Shown: positions 51,375-64,000 of the stretch, in pieces
Numbering within the stretch: the first letter of the stretch is position 1
Layout: the number at the start of each line of letters is the position of its first letter
Made by a program: the position numbers and the translations under genes
Notes under the pieces: generated by a model
The model's input: only the letters and a program-made list of their open reading frames with translations
The model's database searches: none
Told to the model about the DNA's origin: nothing
Assembly: GCA_964016885.1 (NCBI GenBank)
Contig: OZ024742.1
Span: 175,212,001-175,276,000, forward strand
Source of the DNA: Eledone cirrhosa
Lineage: Eukaryota
Length of the DNA: 64,000 bases
Direction: 5' to 3'

Positions 51375-51560
51375 GGGCGGTGGATTGGCAGTATCGGTAG
51401 AGGGTCGGACGCCGTGCTTTACAGCATAGTTACGTCCCTTTACGGACTGAGTTCAAATCCCGCCGAGGTTAACTTTGCCTTTCATCCTTACAGGGTCGAT
51501 AAAATAAAGTACCAGTAATACACTGGAATAATTGCTGGCCTTGTGCCAAATGTAGAAACA
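51375..51560 (+). mobile_element. SINE family B, full length, 19-bp TSD
   Basis: TSD ATTACTGAAGAAGTAAACA at 51356-51374 and 51561-51579. Confidence 0.93.
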
Positions 51561-54038
51561 ATTACTGAAGAAGTAAACAAGAAGTAATAGACAAGCTACT
51601 ATTGTGGCAACCAACTCATGGGAGATGTAGTAGAGAAAGACCTGCTTAAACCTTTATCAATTAACTTTAAGATAATACAAAACTCAGTATGGAGCAATGG
51701 AAAATCATGAATTGTGGAGAGATTTTGTCAGGAATGTTTGGCTGTGGTTGCAATGATGATGATATTTATTGAACAGTTAAGATACCGTTTGACATAAAGT
51801 AATGCAATGCACCAAAACAACTTACATTGGTATACACACAGATATGCACATAAATAACAATAACAAACTGAAACTGGCTCTGGTTTATGATATAAAACTG
51901 TTTATTTTAAATTGCTTCTATTTATCAAACAACCTTCGTTCATGAGCTTCTGTAAGAACCTTTGATAAATTATGCTTCAAACACCAGATTAATAAAATTT
52001 GTGATTATTAAAAAAAATATTTGAACAACATAACCAATGTCTTACATTTGAAATATAATAACAAAAGGGTTAAAGAATGCTAAAACATCGCTTTATGTAA
52101 ATGTAGCAATGTTATAAAAAGTAAGTTACATGATGTTTTACATTGATAAATCAATTTGCAAAAGTAGTACTAGGTCAGGATAAACCTAGTATAAGATAGA
52201 GTTGCAGTGATGAGGCGGATAGCATAAAGAGGAGGATGTTTTTCTTGTTTAGCCCCATGTCAACCTAGATTAAACTGAGCTATGGTTAAAAATGTATTCT
52301 AAATATGATCATCCCAATGCATGTTTTTCAAACTTACTATATTTTGACACATATCCTTGCATGTTGTAAAAAGCAACAAAAAGGGTTGACATTAGGAATA
52401 GCATTCAGCTATGAAACATTGCCTGAAAAGAACCCCATGATGAGTATGAAATTTGTTATTGGGCTTATTAGAAAAAAATGGTGTTAAAATATTTGCTGAT
52501 GTTGGAGTATATCTGGACTCAATTTTAGAGTATTATTAAGATATTAGAGTATATTTTGAGGGAAATGTTACTGCTATTTCTAGCAGGCACATTAAGTAAT
52601 AACATAGCAGCTCCCCTCAGTGCAGATGAAGAGGACATATGTGTTTATTGAATCATAGATATATCTATAGCTTAGCAGCTCCCTTTAATGTGAATCCAGA
52701 GGGCAAGTTATATTCTTATGTAATCATGGATGTATTTTTGATGAACTAATTAGAATAGAGACTCTAGACAAAGTGGAACACCTGCTTCTTTAATTACTGA
52801 AGACTTTCATGATCTTGTTAGGCTCATTATCAATGTAAGTTTATCTGGTCTCCCATGGGGTTGCATCTTATAGGTTTTTCAAGTGTGTTAATGATAGGAG
52901 GGTCCATTCATATCATGAAAAGCAATGAGCAATAAAACGTATTTCTAAAGATCACAATGTGATATGGTCCATGAATTAAACCCTCAAATACTTTAACCTC
53001 TATGATACATGCATTAACCAACTGTAAACCAAGAGATATTTGTAATGAAGGAATTAGATTAGATCCACATATATTGGTCCTCTCAAAGGAAATGTGATAG
53101 TTTTCTGTCACATCCAGCCCAACATACTCATGTAAGGTTTTTGTATGGACTCATATCTTCTGATGGAGTCTTAGTGATGGGGTCATGACATATGGTGTTT
53201 CTTTTGGATTTTATTTAACCTGGCATATCCTATTTCTTCTCCAGGTCTAAACACTGTTGATTTCTACTACCAGAGAAGAAGAGAAAGGACAGAGAAGAGA
53301 GAAAGTGATAAAGATGAAGAATCAACAACAGCAGCAGATTGGTACATTTTTATCATCTTCCAAATGGATGAAAGACAATGTTAACCTTAGCAAGATTTGA
53401 ACTCAGAGTGCAGGGAAAGAAAACAAATAGTGAAAAAACATTCTATCTGATGTTGTAACGACTCTGCCAATCCATTGCCTATGTACAGTTAATCAGATGT
53501 AAAGAAGATAAAAATGACAGACTACAATGGTGGATCTTATCACCAAACTTACTATATTTTATTAACTTAATTTAAGTTTTAGACTTTACTATATTTGATT
53601 TGATTCCAGAAATCTAATCAAATCATCCCCCAGCCTATATTTTCCCCTCACCACATATAATGGTTGGACAACAGTATTTCAATACATCCATTCATCATTG
53701 GGCTTTGAACTCTTTTTTCAAACAAATTACTGCTTCATATGAAATAGTCAATCACTTCTTGTAATATTTCCATTTCATATTGCATTTACACGGCTATTAT
53801 TGTTATTGGTGTTATGATTTTATTATTATTATTGTTATTATTATTATTATCATTATTGGCTGCCATTGATTCAAATGGTTCGGCCTCTTTCCATTATATT
53901 CTTTATTTTCTCACATATACATACATACAAAAATGTGTGTGAATGTTTATTATATATATATTGAGGTGTGTATACACACATGTAGTGATATATACACATA
54001 TATCACTATATATGTGTTTATATTATATATATATATAT

Positions 54039-55216
54039 ATATTTATTAAAATAACAGATTAAAGTTTAAGCAAAGAATCGTTGCTTTCACCCTTAACGGG
54101 ATCTTCTGAAACTAACAAAGTCAATCTGTGAACGCAGAAGTAAATATTTCAAAAAAATGTTGCAACCGGAGGAAGACAGGAAGACGATACTTTGGTTCGT
54201 GGAAACATTCCCTGGCAAATAACGGGAAAAAACGAATATAATACGTCATTATTTGGAGCGGTGAAAAACAATTACACGCAAAGACAGAACCACGTTTATG
54301 GTATAAAAGAAGTCGTAGACTAATACTCTGTTAGGTGGTTCATAGAGACATTCTCTGGCAATGAACAGAAAAAACGAAGATAATACGTCATATGTGGATT
54401 GGGGAGAACAATTGCACGCAAAGCCAAAACCACGTAAATGGTATAGCAGAAGTCGTAGACTAAAATTCTAACTAGGAAACTAATTGTTCTCCCACTCCAC
54501 ATATGACGTATTATCTTCGTTTTTTCCGTTCATTGCCAGAGAACGTCTCTATGAACCACCTAATAGAATATTAGTCTACGACTTGCAATCGAAAGGTTGT
54601 GAGTTCAATTCTCAGACCGGGTGATGTGTTGTTTCCTTGAGCAAGACACTTTATTTCACATTGCTCCAGTTTACTCAGCTGTAGAAATGAGATGATAGGG
54701 ACTGGGGGTCCATATCATTCCACTGTAGAGTGGTCGTGGAGGTGCCACGGCAAAAAAGCACCCAGCCAACACTGTAAAGTGGACGTGTAGGCGCCACGGA
54801 AAAAAGCACCCAGCACTCACTGTAAATGAGGTTGGTGTTAGGAAGGGCATCCAGCCGTAGAAATGAAACCAAAATCAGTTCATGTCCCACCCTTGCAAGC
54901 AGGGAAAAGCGGACGTAAAATGAAATGATGATGATGATGATGACTTCTTTTATACCATAAACGTGGTTTTGTCTTTGCGCGTAATTGTTTTTCACCGTTC
55001 CAAATAATGACGTATTATATTCGTTTTTTCCCGTTCTTTGCCAAGGAACGTTTCCACGAACCAAAGTATCGTCTTCCTACCTTCCTCCGGTTGCAACGTT
55101 TTTTGAAATATTTACTTCTGCGTTCACACATTGATTTTGTTAGTTTCAGAAGATCCTGTTAAGGGTGAAAGCAGCGATTCTTTGCTTAAACTTTAATTTG
55201 TTATTTTAATAAATAT
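54039..55216. repeat. Foldback element: ~375-bp inverted arms with internal ~143-bp subrepeats, right arm interrupted by a SINE
   Basis: 54039-54413 is the imperfect reverse complement of 54482-54584 joined to 54947-55216. The left arm plus spacer holds two tandem ~143-bp units (from ~54194 and ~54337). Confidence 0.9.
54585..54941 (+). mobile_element. SINE family A inserted into foldback arm, 5-bp TSD
   Basis: GACTT duplicated at 54580-54584 and 54942-54946; the mirror arm shows the empty site (AGTCTACGACTTCTTTTATA). Confidence 0.92.
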
Positions 55217-55681
55217 TTGCTCTACGGTTCTTATATATTTGATATATATTTATCCTTATCGAGCCCTCTTTGGATTATAGTCTTCAAATTTATTATTATT
55301 ACTATATATATATATGTATATATATATATATGCACACACACATATATTTATATTGGCATAGCTGTGTGAATGTAGGTATTAATCTGTCTTAAGAAGTTTG
55401 CTTCACAACTACATGGTCTTGGGTTCTATCCCACTGGATGGCACCCTGTCTTGGGCTAATCAATGCCATATGAAGGTAATTAGTAAACATAAACTCCTTC
55501 ATATCTTCAGCCAAACGAAGAGGTCATTAATTCTAATTAAGTAATGTTTTAGTGGTGTGATAACCTATCCATCCATTACTATCAGGGTGAACAGACATTA
55601 AATGATGAATATATGTATATGCATATATAATGTTAATTAATAGATGTAAAAGATAATCATATATATATATATATATATATA

Positions 55682-56390
55682 TCATCATCATCATCATCGG
55701 TTCATGTTCATTTTCCCTGCTACCCTGGGTAGGACAGTTGACCTTTTGAGAGAGAATCAGGTCAGAGGGCCGTGTTTTGCTCATCCGGGGCTGATTTTGG
55801 CTTGGTTTCTATAGCTGGATGCCCTTCCTAATGCCAACCTCATTTACAGTGTGAGATGTGTGTTTTTTGTCATGTCACCTACCCTCATCTCACTGCTGTG
55901 CAACATTGCTGTCCTATACAGTCTGCCTTTCAGTTTGAGGGAAAACCTTTTGTAGTTAGAAATGGAAGTAGCTTCCTCAACATTTTCCAACCCGATCTCA
56001 CTCTGGTTATTGTGCTTTCAGAACACCCTCCCTCACAAAGGGGGTGGTAGCCTGAGCTCATTTTAGATAGTGTATTTGTGTTGTTACACTGGGTCTCTCT
56101 CTCTCTCTCTCTCACTCTCTCTTTCTAAAGTGCTTCTGATGCTGACACAGCAAAAAAGCACCCAGCCCACACTGTAAAGTGGTCTTGTAGGTGTCACAGC
56201 AAAAAGTACCTAGTCCACACTGTAAAGTGGTTGAATAGGCATCATGACAAAAAGCACCCAGTACTCACTGTAAATGAGGTTGGCATTATGAAGGGCATCC
56301 AGCTGTAGAAACCCAGCCAAAATTTGATAACTCGTCTAACCCATGCCAGCATGGAAACATGGACGTTAAATGGTGATGATAATGATGATG
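55682..56390. mobile_element. Cluster of old RTE remnants in both orientations
   Basis: Minus-strand tail at 55682-55870, minus-strand coding piece GGCSESTITRVRSGWKMLRKLLPFLTTKGF at ~55930-56035, plus-strand tail at 56145-56390. Confidence 0.75.
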
Positions 56391-57239
56391 ATATATAAAC
56401 ATATTTGTTTGTCCATCTGCCTCTGTGTAATCTCAGAGGTAGATGGACACACAAATATATGGATATATAATTAATAGAAAAATTGATGGGATGATGAAAT
56501 GCCAGAAAATACCATGGTCAGAATTAACCTCACAATCAACATTGCATCACTTACTCTAACACTAAACTGTATTTATTTACTACATTCAATGAAATATGCT
56601 GTGTTGCATTATCTTTTATTCTAAAACAAAACTATCTCTTTAGATGTCATTTGATCAAACAGTTATCTGTAAGTCCACTGAAGCTTTATCATAACAAACA
56701 ACGAATTTTCAATCATAGATATACTTCAATTTTGACTGCATTACAGTATTCTTATATTGATGAATAATGATATGATGTGTTTTTTAATATCTATAATTTA
56801 AAGGAATTATTTCTTCAAATTACTTATTAGATCAATTCAATAATATTTCTAAATGATATATAGTTCAGATGGACTTAGCAAGACATAGTACCAAATATAT
56901 TTAATAGATTTCCTGCAAATAATTACATCTTAACCTTTTAGCATTTACATTACTCTATACATACTATTGTATTTCCGTGGTAAAGGCTTTATCTCACATA
57001 ATCATCTCACATAATATCGAATCTGTGAGATTTTGATGTTATTTATTTTCAGAACAATATCTTAAAATCTGTATGAGTGGCCTGTTATGGCCAGCTTGAA
57101 GAGAAAGAGGTGAGAGAATTATGGCCGAATATAGCTGGTTTAAATGCTAAAGAGATAAAGAAGACGCCTCACATTTATTCACCATCAGTGAATATAGCCT
57201 TAGCCAGAAAGAAATGATGTCATCAGATGGTGTCCAATG

Positions 57240-57450
57240 TTCATTGGGTGTGTTTTGACCATAAACTCGTTGATAGTGGCAATGGTGGCCAAAACACTGC
57301 TAATTTCTCCTGGCTTCCAGCTTAACCAACAAGAGGTTCTTTCTGCCATCATAACCAACAAGAGGTTCTTTCTGCTGCCTCCCTCCACACACTGAGAACT
57401 GCTGGCTTTTCTCTTCCTGTCATTCCAATAGTAGTGAGAATAGAAAGCTA
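57240..57450 (-). mobile_element. C-terminal fragment of restriction-like-endonuclease non-LTR element (HERO-like)
   Basis: Frame ILTTIGMTGREKPAVLSVWREAAERTSCWL resembles the 'G.TGR......EAAE.AS.WLW' C-terminus. Local duplication of TAACCAACAAGAGGTTCTTTCTGC. Confidence 0.55.
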
Positions 57451-57569
57451 GTCATCTTTTCAACTATTTCGCCAAACTTTTGTGTAAGTTTTCATATTTT
57501 GCAAAAATTAATGCATTATTTTCAATTCAGTGCTGTTGGCAGTTTCTTCAAAAAAATAAATTTTAAAGA

Positions 57570-58250
57570 GTGCAGGTATATGTATGTGTATCTGTATGTT
57601 TATTGGTATATGTGTATGTTTGTGACTGCCTGTGCGTTTCTGTTTGTATGTGTGCGTGTTTGTCTGTGTCTATGTTTGTCAGTGTGCTTGTGTATGTTTG
57701 TACCTACGTATGTTTGTGTTTGTGTATGCTTGTGTATGTGAGTGTATTTGTCTGTGTGTGTCAGTGTATGTTGGTGTATGTGTGCATTGTATGTGATTGT
57801 ATCAGTATGCCTGTGTGTCTTTATTTGTGTATGTGTGTGTGTCTGTATGTTTGTGTATATATGTATATATGGATGTTTATGTTAGTATGTCCGTGTATAC
57901 ATGTCTGTGCAACTGATTGTATGTTTGTATGCGTTTCCATGTCTGTGTGTACCTGTGTGTACCTGTCTATTTGTACCTGTGTATGCTTGTGTCTATGTAT
58001 GTTTGAGTCTGTCTACGTGTATCTGTATGCATGTGTCTGTGTATGTTGGTGTATATGCATTTATGTGATTGTGTCTCTGCATGTGTTTGCATCTGTCTGT
58101 GTTTGTGTGTATGTATGTGTGTTTGTGCCAGTGTGCATGTCTGTGTGTGTGTGTTTATGACTGTATATTTTTGTGTATGTTTGTCTGAATACATATGCAT
58201 GTATGGGGGTATCTGTATGATAGTATGTATGTATGCATGTTTGTATGTGT
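57570..58250. repeat. Degenerate (TG)-rich low-complexity tract
   Basis: Scrambled TGTG/TATG/TCTG repeats. Confidence 0.9.
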
Positions 58251-58399
58251 TCTGTTTTAATGCTTTAACTTCTTTTTTCTCTCACTTTAATCAATAGAGA
58301 GCCGGAAGAATTTGGTGTTTTAGATATTCTATGACTTTTAATGATATGCTTTAGGATGGTTGCTTCAATTGGAGAATCTACTCTGCAAACTTAAAACAT

Positions 58400-58610
58400 G
58401 ATAAATACCATTATTATTTTCATAACCATCATCATCATCATTGTCATCATACACACCACTGCCATCGTTATCATCATCATCACTATAATCATAATTATAC
58501 TCACCACCACCATCCGCATCATCATCATTTTCATCATTGCCATCATTATCATCATTAGCATTGTTATTATTATTATCATTATCCTTATTACTATTATTAT
58601 TATTATTATT
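58400..58610. repeat. Degenerate (CAT/TAT)n trinucleotide tract
   Basis: Visible triplet repeat. Confidence 0.9.
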
Positions 58611-60016
58611 GGCTTTATTTTATTTTATATTTCATTTTTTTCCAAATCAATAATCAGAATAAGCTATTTTCTTCATATGGGTTTTCAAAATACTTAGAAA
58701 GTAAAACAATGTATTTCTATGATGTCTTTCATGTTTCTTTAATTTAAAATAGATTTTGAACAGTTCACTGGTTAACTGAATAATATGCACCTATGTGCAG
58801 CCTGGCAACTGTTACCATTCATATAAAACCTGCATTAATATTAGCCATGTCCCAGAAAGAGAGAGAATGCAACAATTCTTTTCAAATGTTCCATTTTGTT
58901 GTAGCTGAACTGCATTTCATTGGACTAGAATTCATTATTCTTTAGTGTGGTGTGTGAAAATATTAGATAACTTACAGCAGAGTTGCTCACAAAACACTGT
59001 CAGCTTATATTGTCTTGTAACAAAGCTTGTTAATCATAGTGTAACATTTATCCATGAGAAATGCCTTCCAGTTAACTAGCGTAAAAAGAGATATAGTTTA
59101 CTCAGATATTTGCAAATGCTTTGTAGCAATGGTCAAAATTGATACAGCCATGCACATTCCAGAACACACAGCTCTCATCTCAAGATAGATAGCACAGCCG
59201 GGTTTTTTAAAGGAATTCTCCTTGTTCATTGAGCTAATCAGATAAAATAGCACTTGGCAATTGTCAGCAGTATAACTTAGTTTCTATTTATTGATATACT
59301 ATACAAGTAATTCTTGATTACTTTTTTTCAGAGTTAGAACTTCTATTTCAATTATACATATTTCACATGTATTCATTCATTATTTTTTCCTGAATTAATG
59401 ATATTCATCTTGTATAATATGCAGTTTTATTACTATTACATAAACCATTAATCTATAACACTACCATCTCATGTCTGTTGTAAAACATCAGATGGATGTT
59501 GCCTCATGGTCCCAGTAGACAGAATTGTGAATGTGCTACATTGAAGGAGGGTGAAGTAGATGTGTCGAAAGAATCATTCTAACACTACCATTTCATGTCC
59601 TTTGCAAAACATCAGATAGATGATGCTTTATGGTTCAAGCAGACAGAATTGCAAATGCCTTATCCTGGAGAATAGTGCAGGAGATGCACTGAATAGCCAG
59701 TCCAGCTTGTGGGGCTTATTCTTTTGGATGGCCAACTCCATACTAATTGCAGTAAGGAAGGAGTGGATGGGGTGGGGGGAAGAAGACCAGATGTTTCAAC
59801 CTCTATGCTTTCAATTATAAACCTATTAGCGAGAGGCCTGTTCTTTGATAGCTTACAATATTCAGTTTGAATTAATGTAAACTAAATATTCATTAATATG
59901 TTATTTATCTCAAATTTGGTATGTTTATTTAAAACTACCATCATTATATGGAATTGGCTTTATTGCCATAGTATCTCGGTTATTCTCAGCTCCTTTCCTA
60001 TTTAATTGTAGTAAAT

Positions 60017-60350
60017 CATATTACCATCATCATCATCATCACCACCATTATCATCATGATCAACACTACCATCATCACTACCTCCACCATTTCCATCATC
60101 ATGACAGCCAACACCGCCATGATAACTGCCACAACTACCATCACCATCATTGCCATAATCACCATATTCATCCTTGCCACCACCACCATCACCATCATCA
60201 TCACCACTACCAACACCCCCATCATAACCACCACAACTACCATCACCATGTCCACCAACAACACCACCATGTTCATCACCACCATCACTACCACCACCAT
60301 CATCATCACTACCATCATCACCACCATCACCACCACTACCATCATCAATA
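60017..60350. repeat. Degenerate (CAC/CAT)n trinucleotide tract
   Basis: Visible triplet repeat. Confidence 0.9.
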
Positions 60351-60906
60351 TCAGTACCAGATCCTGTTAATATTGATCTCCTAACATAATGGCTCTAAAT
60401 ATTCCAGATTCATAAAACTTAAATCAATAATATGATTACTGGCAAACTAAGAGGAAACTAAATAAAATATATATTGTTATTCTTACTTTTATTGTTATTA
60501 TTACTATTATTATAATTTATGTATCTTTATTTGTTTTTGTTAGAAAGAAATATCACGGAATGGTAATTAATATTCATAATTCTGTTATGTATCTTTCATA
60601 ATTCTTAACCATTTTTACATCCATCATATTTTTAGGAATTTTTGTTTAGTTGGTGTGTGTGTGTGTTTGATTTAACATTTATTGTTCTCAGACAAAATTC
60701 ATCATTATCATCATCATCATCATTACCATCATCAACATCATCCTCAATTCAATTTGAATGCTTATGTTTCAATGCAGATAGTCATAAAGATTTGGGAGAG
60801 AGCTATGTTCTGCAAATAGTATTGGATTTCTTTAATTCCTCTGTTAACTCTAACTGGTCTAGATTATGGGTAACAAACCACTCCTGTTGTTTCAGATCTT
60901 CTATTT

Positions 60907-61182
60907 ACTAGTAGTTCACAACACAGCAGTCTACCAGTAGTTCACAACGCAACAACCTACCAGTAGTTCACAACACAGCAACCTACCAGTAGTTCACAAC
61001 AGTCTACCTGTAGTTCACAACGCAACAGTCTACCAGTAGTTCACAACAACCTACCAGTAGTTCACAACAGTCTACCAGTAGTTCACAACACAACAACCTA
61101 CCAGTAGTTCTCAATTGTCTACAAGTAGTTCACAATAGTCTACCAGTAGTTCACAACACAACAGTCTACCAGTAGTTCACAT
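60907..61182. repeat. Minisatellite, ~12 units of 21 or 26 bp
   Basis: Core CTACCAGTAGTTCACAAC followed by AGT, AAC or (A/G)CA(A/G)CA(GT/AC). Confidence 0.92.
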
Positions 61183-61578
61183 CATTTATAACCCAGTCTC
61201 TGTTAGACGTGTCGTTCTTTCCATAAAGTCCACAGAGGGAAATTTAACTTTTAATTCTAGCTGGTTGAGTGATGTAGAGGAGGCTTGTTGGCCATTGATC
61301 ATTGTTGTTTTAGCCTAGGTCAGCTGTTGATCAAATGCAGTTCAACTGTGTTCATTCCATCTTGTAATTTTGGCTTTGTCATTCCTTAGATACAGTGTAT
61401 CTAGAACAAGATTATCCAACATAACCTTTTTATATTAATTTTAAATACAGTTGGGTTTGATTTGGCGATTTGGCTGCTATTTCTAGGAGGCAGAGTTACA
61501 TAAAAACACCTTTCCATCAACCATATTTATTGTGTTGTTTAGCCTCTGATCTACCAATGTCTGCATATATATATATAT

Positions 61579-64000
61579 TCATCATCATCATCATCATCAT
61601 CACCGTTTTACGTCCGTTCTTCCACGCTAGGTTGGGTTAGACGGGTTGTACTGTTGTGGGCAGTGTCTGGTCAGCTGACCATGCCTTGCTCATACAGGAA
61701 CTGATTTGGCTTGATTTCTACAGCTGGATGCCCTTCCTAACACCAACCTCATTTACAGTGAGTGGTGGATGCTTTTTCGTGGCGCCTACACGTCCACTTT
61801 ACAGTGTGGGCTGGGTGCTTTTTTGCCGTGGCACCTCCACGACCACCTTGCGGTGGGGGGTGTGGGAGCATATTGTCTATATACTTCAGCTTGTACCCAT
61901 GGGAGGTCGGGTACTCTGTATTACTGCGTGACGTCAGAAGTCACGGTCGTGTGTCATTGCTTTGAGAGGTGTAATTGGGTAAGGTCAGCTTTTATCACCT
62001 CATCCCAGGTCATCTTGGGTCTCTCCACTCCGCGGATTCCATCAACTTCTAGTGCTCTGCATATTTTATGCAGCTGTCATCCTTCATACGCATCACATGT
62101 CCATACCAGCGCAACCGCCTCTCCTGCACACAGCATTTGATTCCTCTTATGCTCAGTCTCTCTCTCAATTCATTTATGCGTTGTCGTTCACGTATATTAC
62201 TGTTACACATCCATCAGAGCATGCAGGCTTCGTTTCTCTCTAATCTACGTAAGTCTTCCACCTTCAGCGCCCAGGTCTCACTTCCATGCAACATTGCTGT
62301 TCGGATACACGCATCATACAGTCTGCCTTTCATTCTGAGGGAGAAGCCTTTTGCAGCTAGCAGTGGTAGTAGTTCCCTAAACTTCTTCCATCCCGTTCTT
62401 ACCCTAGTTATTCTACTTACCGAACACCCACCTCCACTACTAATTCGGTCACCTAGGTAGCAGAAGCTGTTTACTGTTTCTACAGAGCCCTCCCAGAGAT
62501 TGGTGGTACTTGTTTCCTGTGGCTGTTTGGTGCTTGCTGTCCCAGCACAGCTGCTACATGTGAAGCCTACAATCTTAGTTAAGCTTCCTGAGATCCCGCT
62601 ACATCTCTTGTATACCCATTGTTTGCATTTGGGGCAGAGAATGGAGTTCCTACCTACACCTTTCCTACATACTGAGCAAGGCCATTTCCCTGAGGGGATC
62701 TGGGTTCTGTTTTCTCATCTTCTTACAAGGACCTTAGTCTTTGTCATGTTGACTTTGAGACCTTTTCTTTCTAGTCCCTGCTTCCAAGTTTGGAATTTAT
62801 TCTCTAGTTCTAACATAGATTCAGCTATGAGTGCGAGGTCATCAGCATACAGGAGTTCCCATGGGCATCCGGTCTTAAACTCCTCCGTTATTGCCTGCAG
62901 GACTATGATGAATAAGAGGGGGCTAAGAACAGAGCCCTGGTGGACCCCAACCTGTACGCTAAATTCCTCGCTATACTCATTGCTAATCCTAACTTTGCTG
63001 AGTGCTCCCCTATACATGGCTTGTACCGCTTTCACAAGCCATTCATCTACTCCTAGTTTTCTAAGAGCCCACCAGATTACAGCACGTGGAACTCTGTCAA
63101 AGGCTTTCTCAAGGTCGACAAATGCCAAGTAGAGTGGCTTACTTTTAGCTAGGTACTTTTCCTGTAATTGCCTCACAAGGAAGAGGGCACCAGTGGTACC
63201 TCTTCCTGGTACAAACCCAAATTGCATCTCGTCTATTTTCACCCGGTCCCTAATCAACTGTGCTATAACTCTTTCTGTTACTTTCATGACCTGGTCCATC
63301 AATTTTATACCTCTATAGTTTCCTCTATCTAGTGCATTGCCTTTACCTTTGTAGCAGTTGACAATGATGCTACTGCACCAATCTTTTGGTATGACACCTT
63401 CTAGTATTACCTGGTTAACAATACGTGTGGTTATAGTGTGACCTACAGACCCAGATGCCTTCAGCATCTCGGCAGCTATACCCGATGGACCGGTTGCCTT
63501 CCCCATCTTCATATCTTTGATTGCCTTACTTACTACGTTGCTGCTGACTTGTACTGCTGGCCCCTCTATAGGATCTAGTTGGGGTAGGGTCTCTTCTTCC
63601 CATGCATTCTCCTCATTTAGTAATCTATCATAATGACTCTTCCATGCATCTTTCTTCTCAGCACTTGTGAGGGCAAGCTCACCTTTATCATTCCGGATAC
63701 ACTTCTCTCCAATGACATCACAACTATCTCTGACACACTGCCTCGCAATCTTGAATACCTCCTGTTTCTGGTCCTCACGTTGCAAAACATGCTTGAATTT
63801 TCTATCCTCTGCTTCCCTCCTAGCTAAGTATACTTGTCGCCTAGCTTCCCTCTTGGTCTCTATGTAATGTACCCTGCTCCACCCGTTTTTCCATTCTTTC
63901 CATGCCTGTCTCTTGGCTTTAACTGCTTCATCTACCTTATTGTTCCACCACCAAGTCACACTCCTCCTGCTTGAGGTCTTACTCCAGCCACATACCTCAT
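61579..64000 (-). pseudogene. Second RTE LINE (related subfamily), inactivated; runs off window end
   Basis: RT ORF 62715-63959 closely resembles the first RTE but has an in-frame TGA (KVLVRR*ENRTQIPSGKWPC) and a frameshift near 62065. PHD region retained; (CAT)n tail at ~61579 next to (TA)n. Confidence 0.93.

Noticed and set aside
59456-59660. ~124-bp diverged tandem duplication
   Set aside because: Two old copies only, with no coding or structural signal.
25034-60370. Numerous YIYI, CVCV, poly-I/T/M/H ORFs in the track
   Set aside because: Translations of microsatellites and low-complexity tracts.
60907-61182. CRISPR-like repeat array
   Set aside because: Intervening parts are only 3-8 bp and recur, so there are no unique spacers; no cas genes; eukaryotic context. 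It is a minisatellite.

Overview
AT-rich, microsatellite-dense animal DNA, most likely from a cephalopod (Octopus-like; inferred from the SINE/RTE/Penelope repertoire). It is almost entirely transposon-derived, with at most one candidate host exon. The dominant feature is an ~18.7 kb minus-strand composite: an intact single-ORF RTE-clade LINE (APE endonuclease, RT, and a C4HC3 PHD finger just after the RT core). Its 5' end runs straight into exactly 30 near-identical ~497-bp monomers, and the ORF's first ATG lies in the last monomer. The window also holds two Penelope-like elements (PLEs), two well-formed and up to three degenerate type I hammerhead ribozyme motifs (one in a ~360-bp ORF-less, retrozyme-like element), a second pseudogenised RTE, two tRNA-type SINE families (one sharing the RTE 3' tail), several foldback structures beside (TA)n tracts, and remnants of Copia (GalEa-like), Vingi-like, HERO-like and mariner-like elements. 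All calls come from reading motifs by eye; no database search or RNA folding was run.
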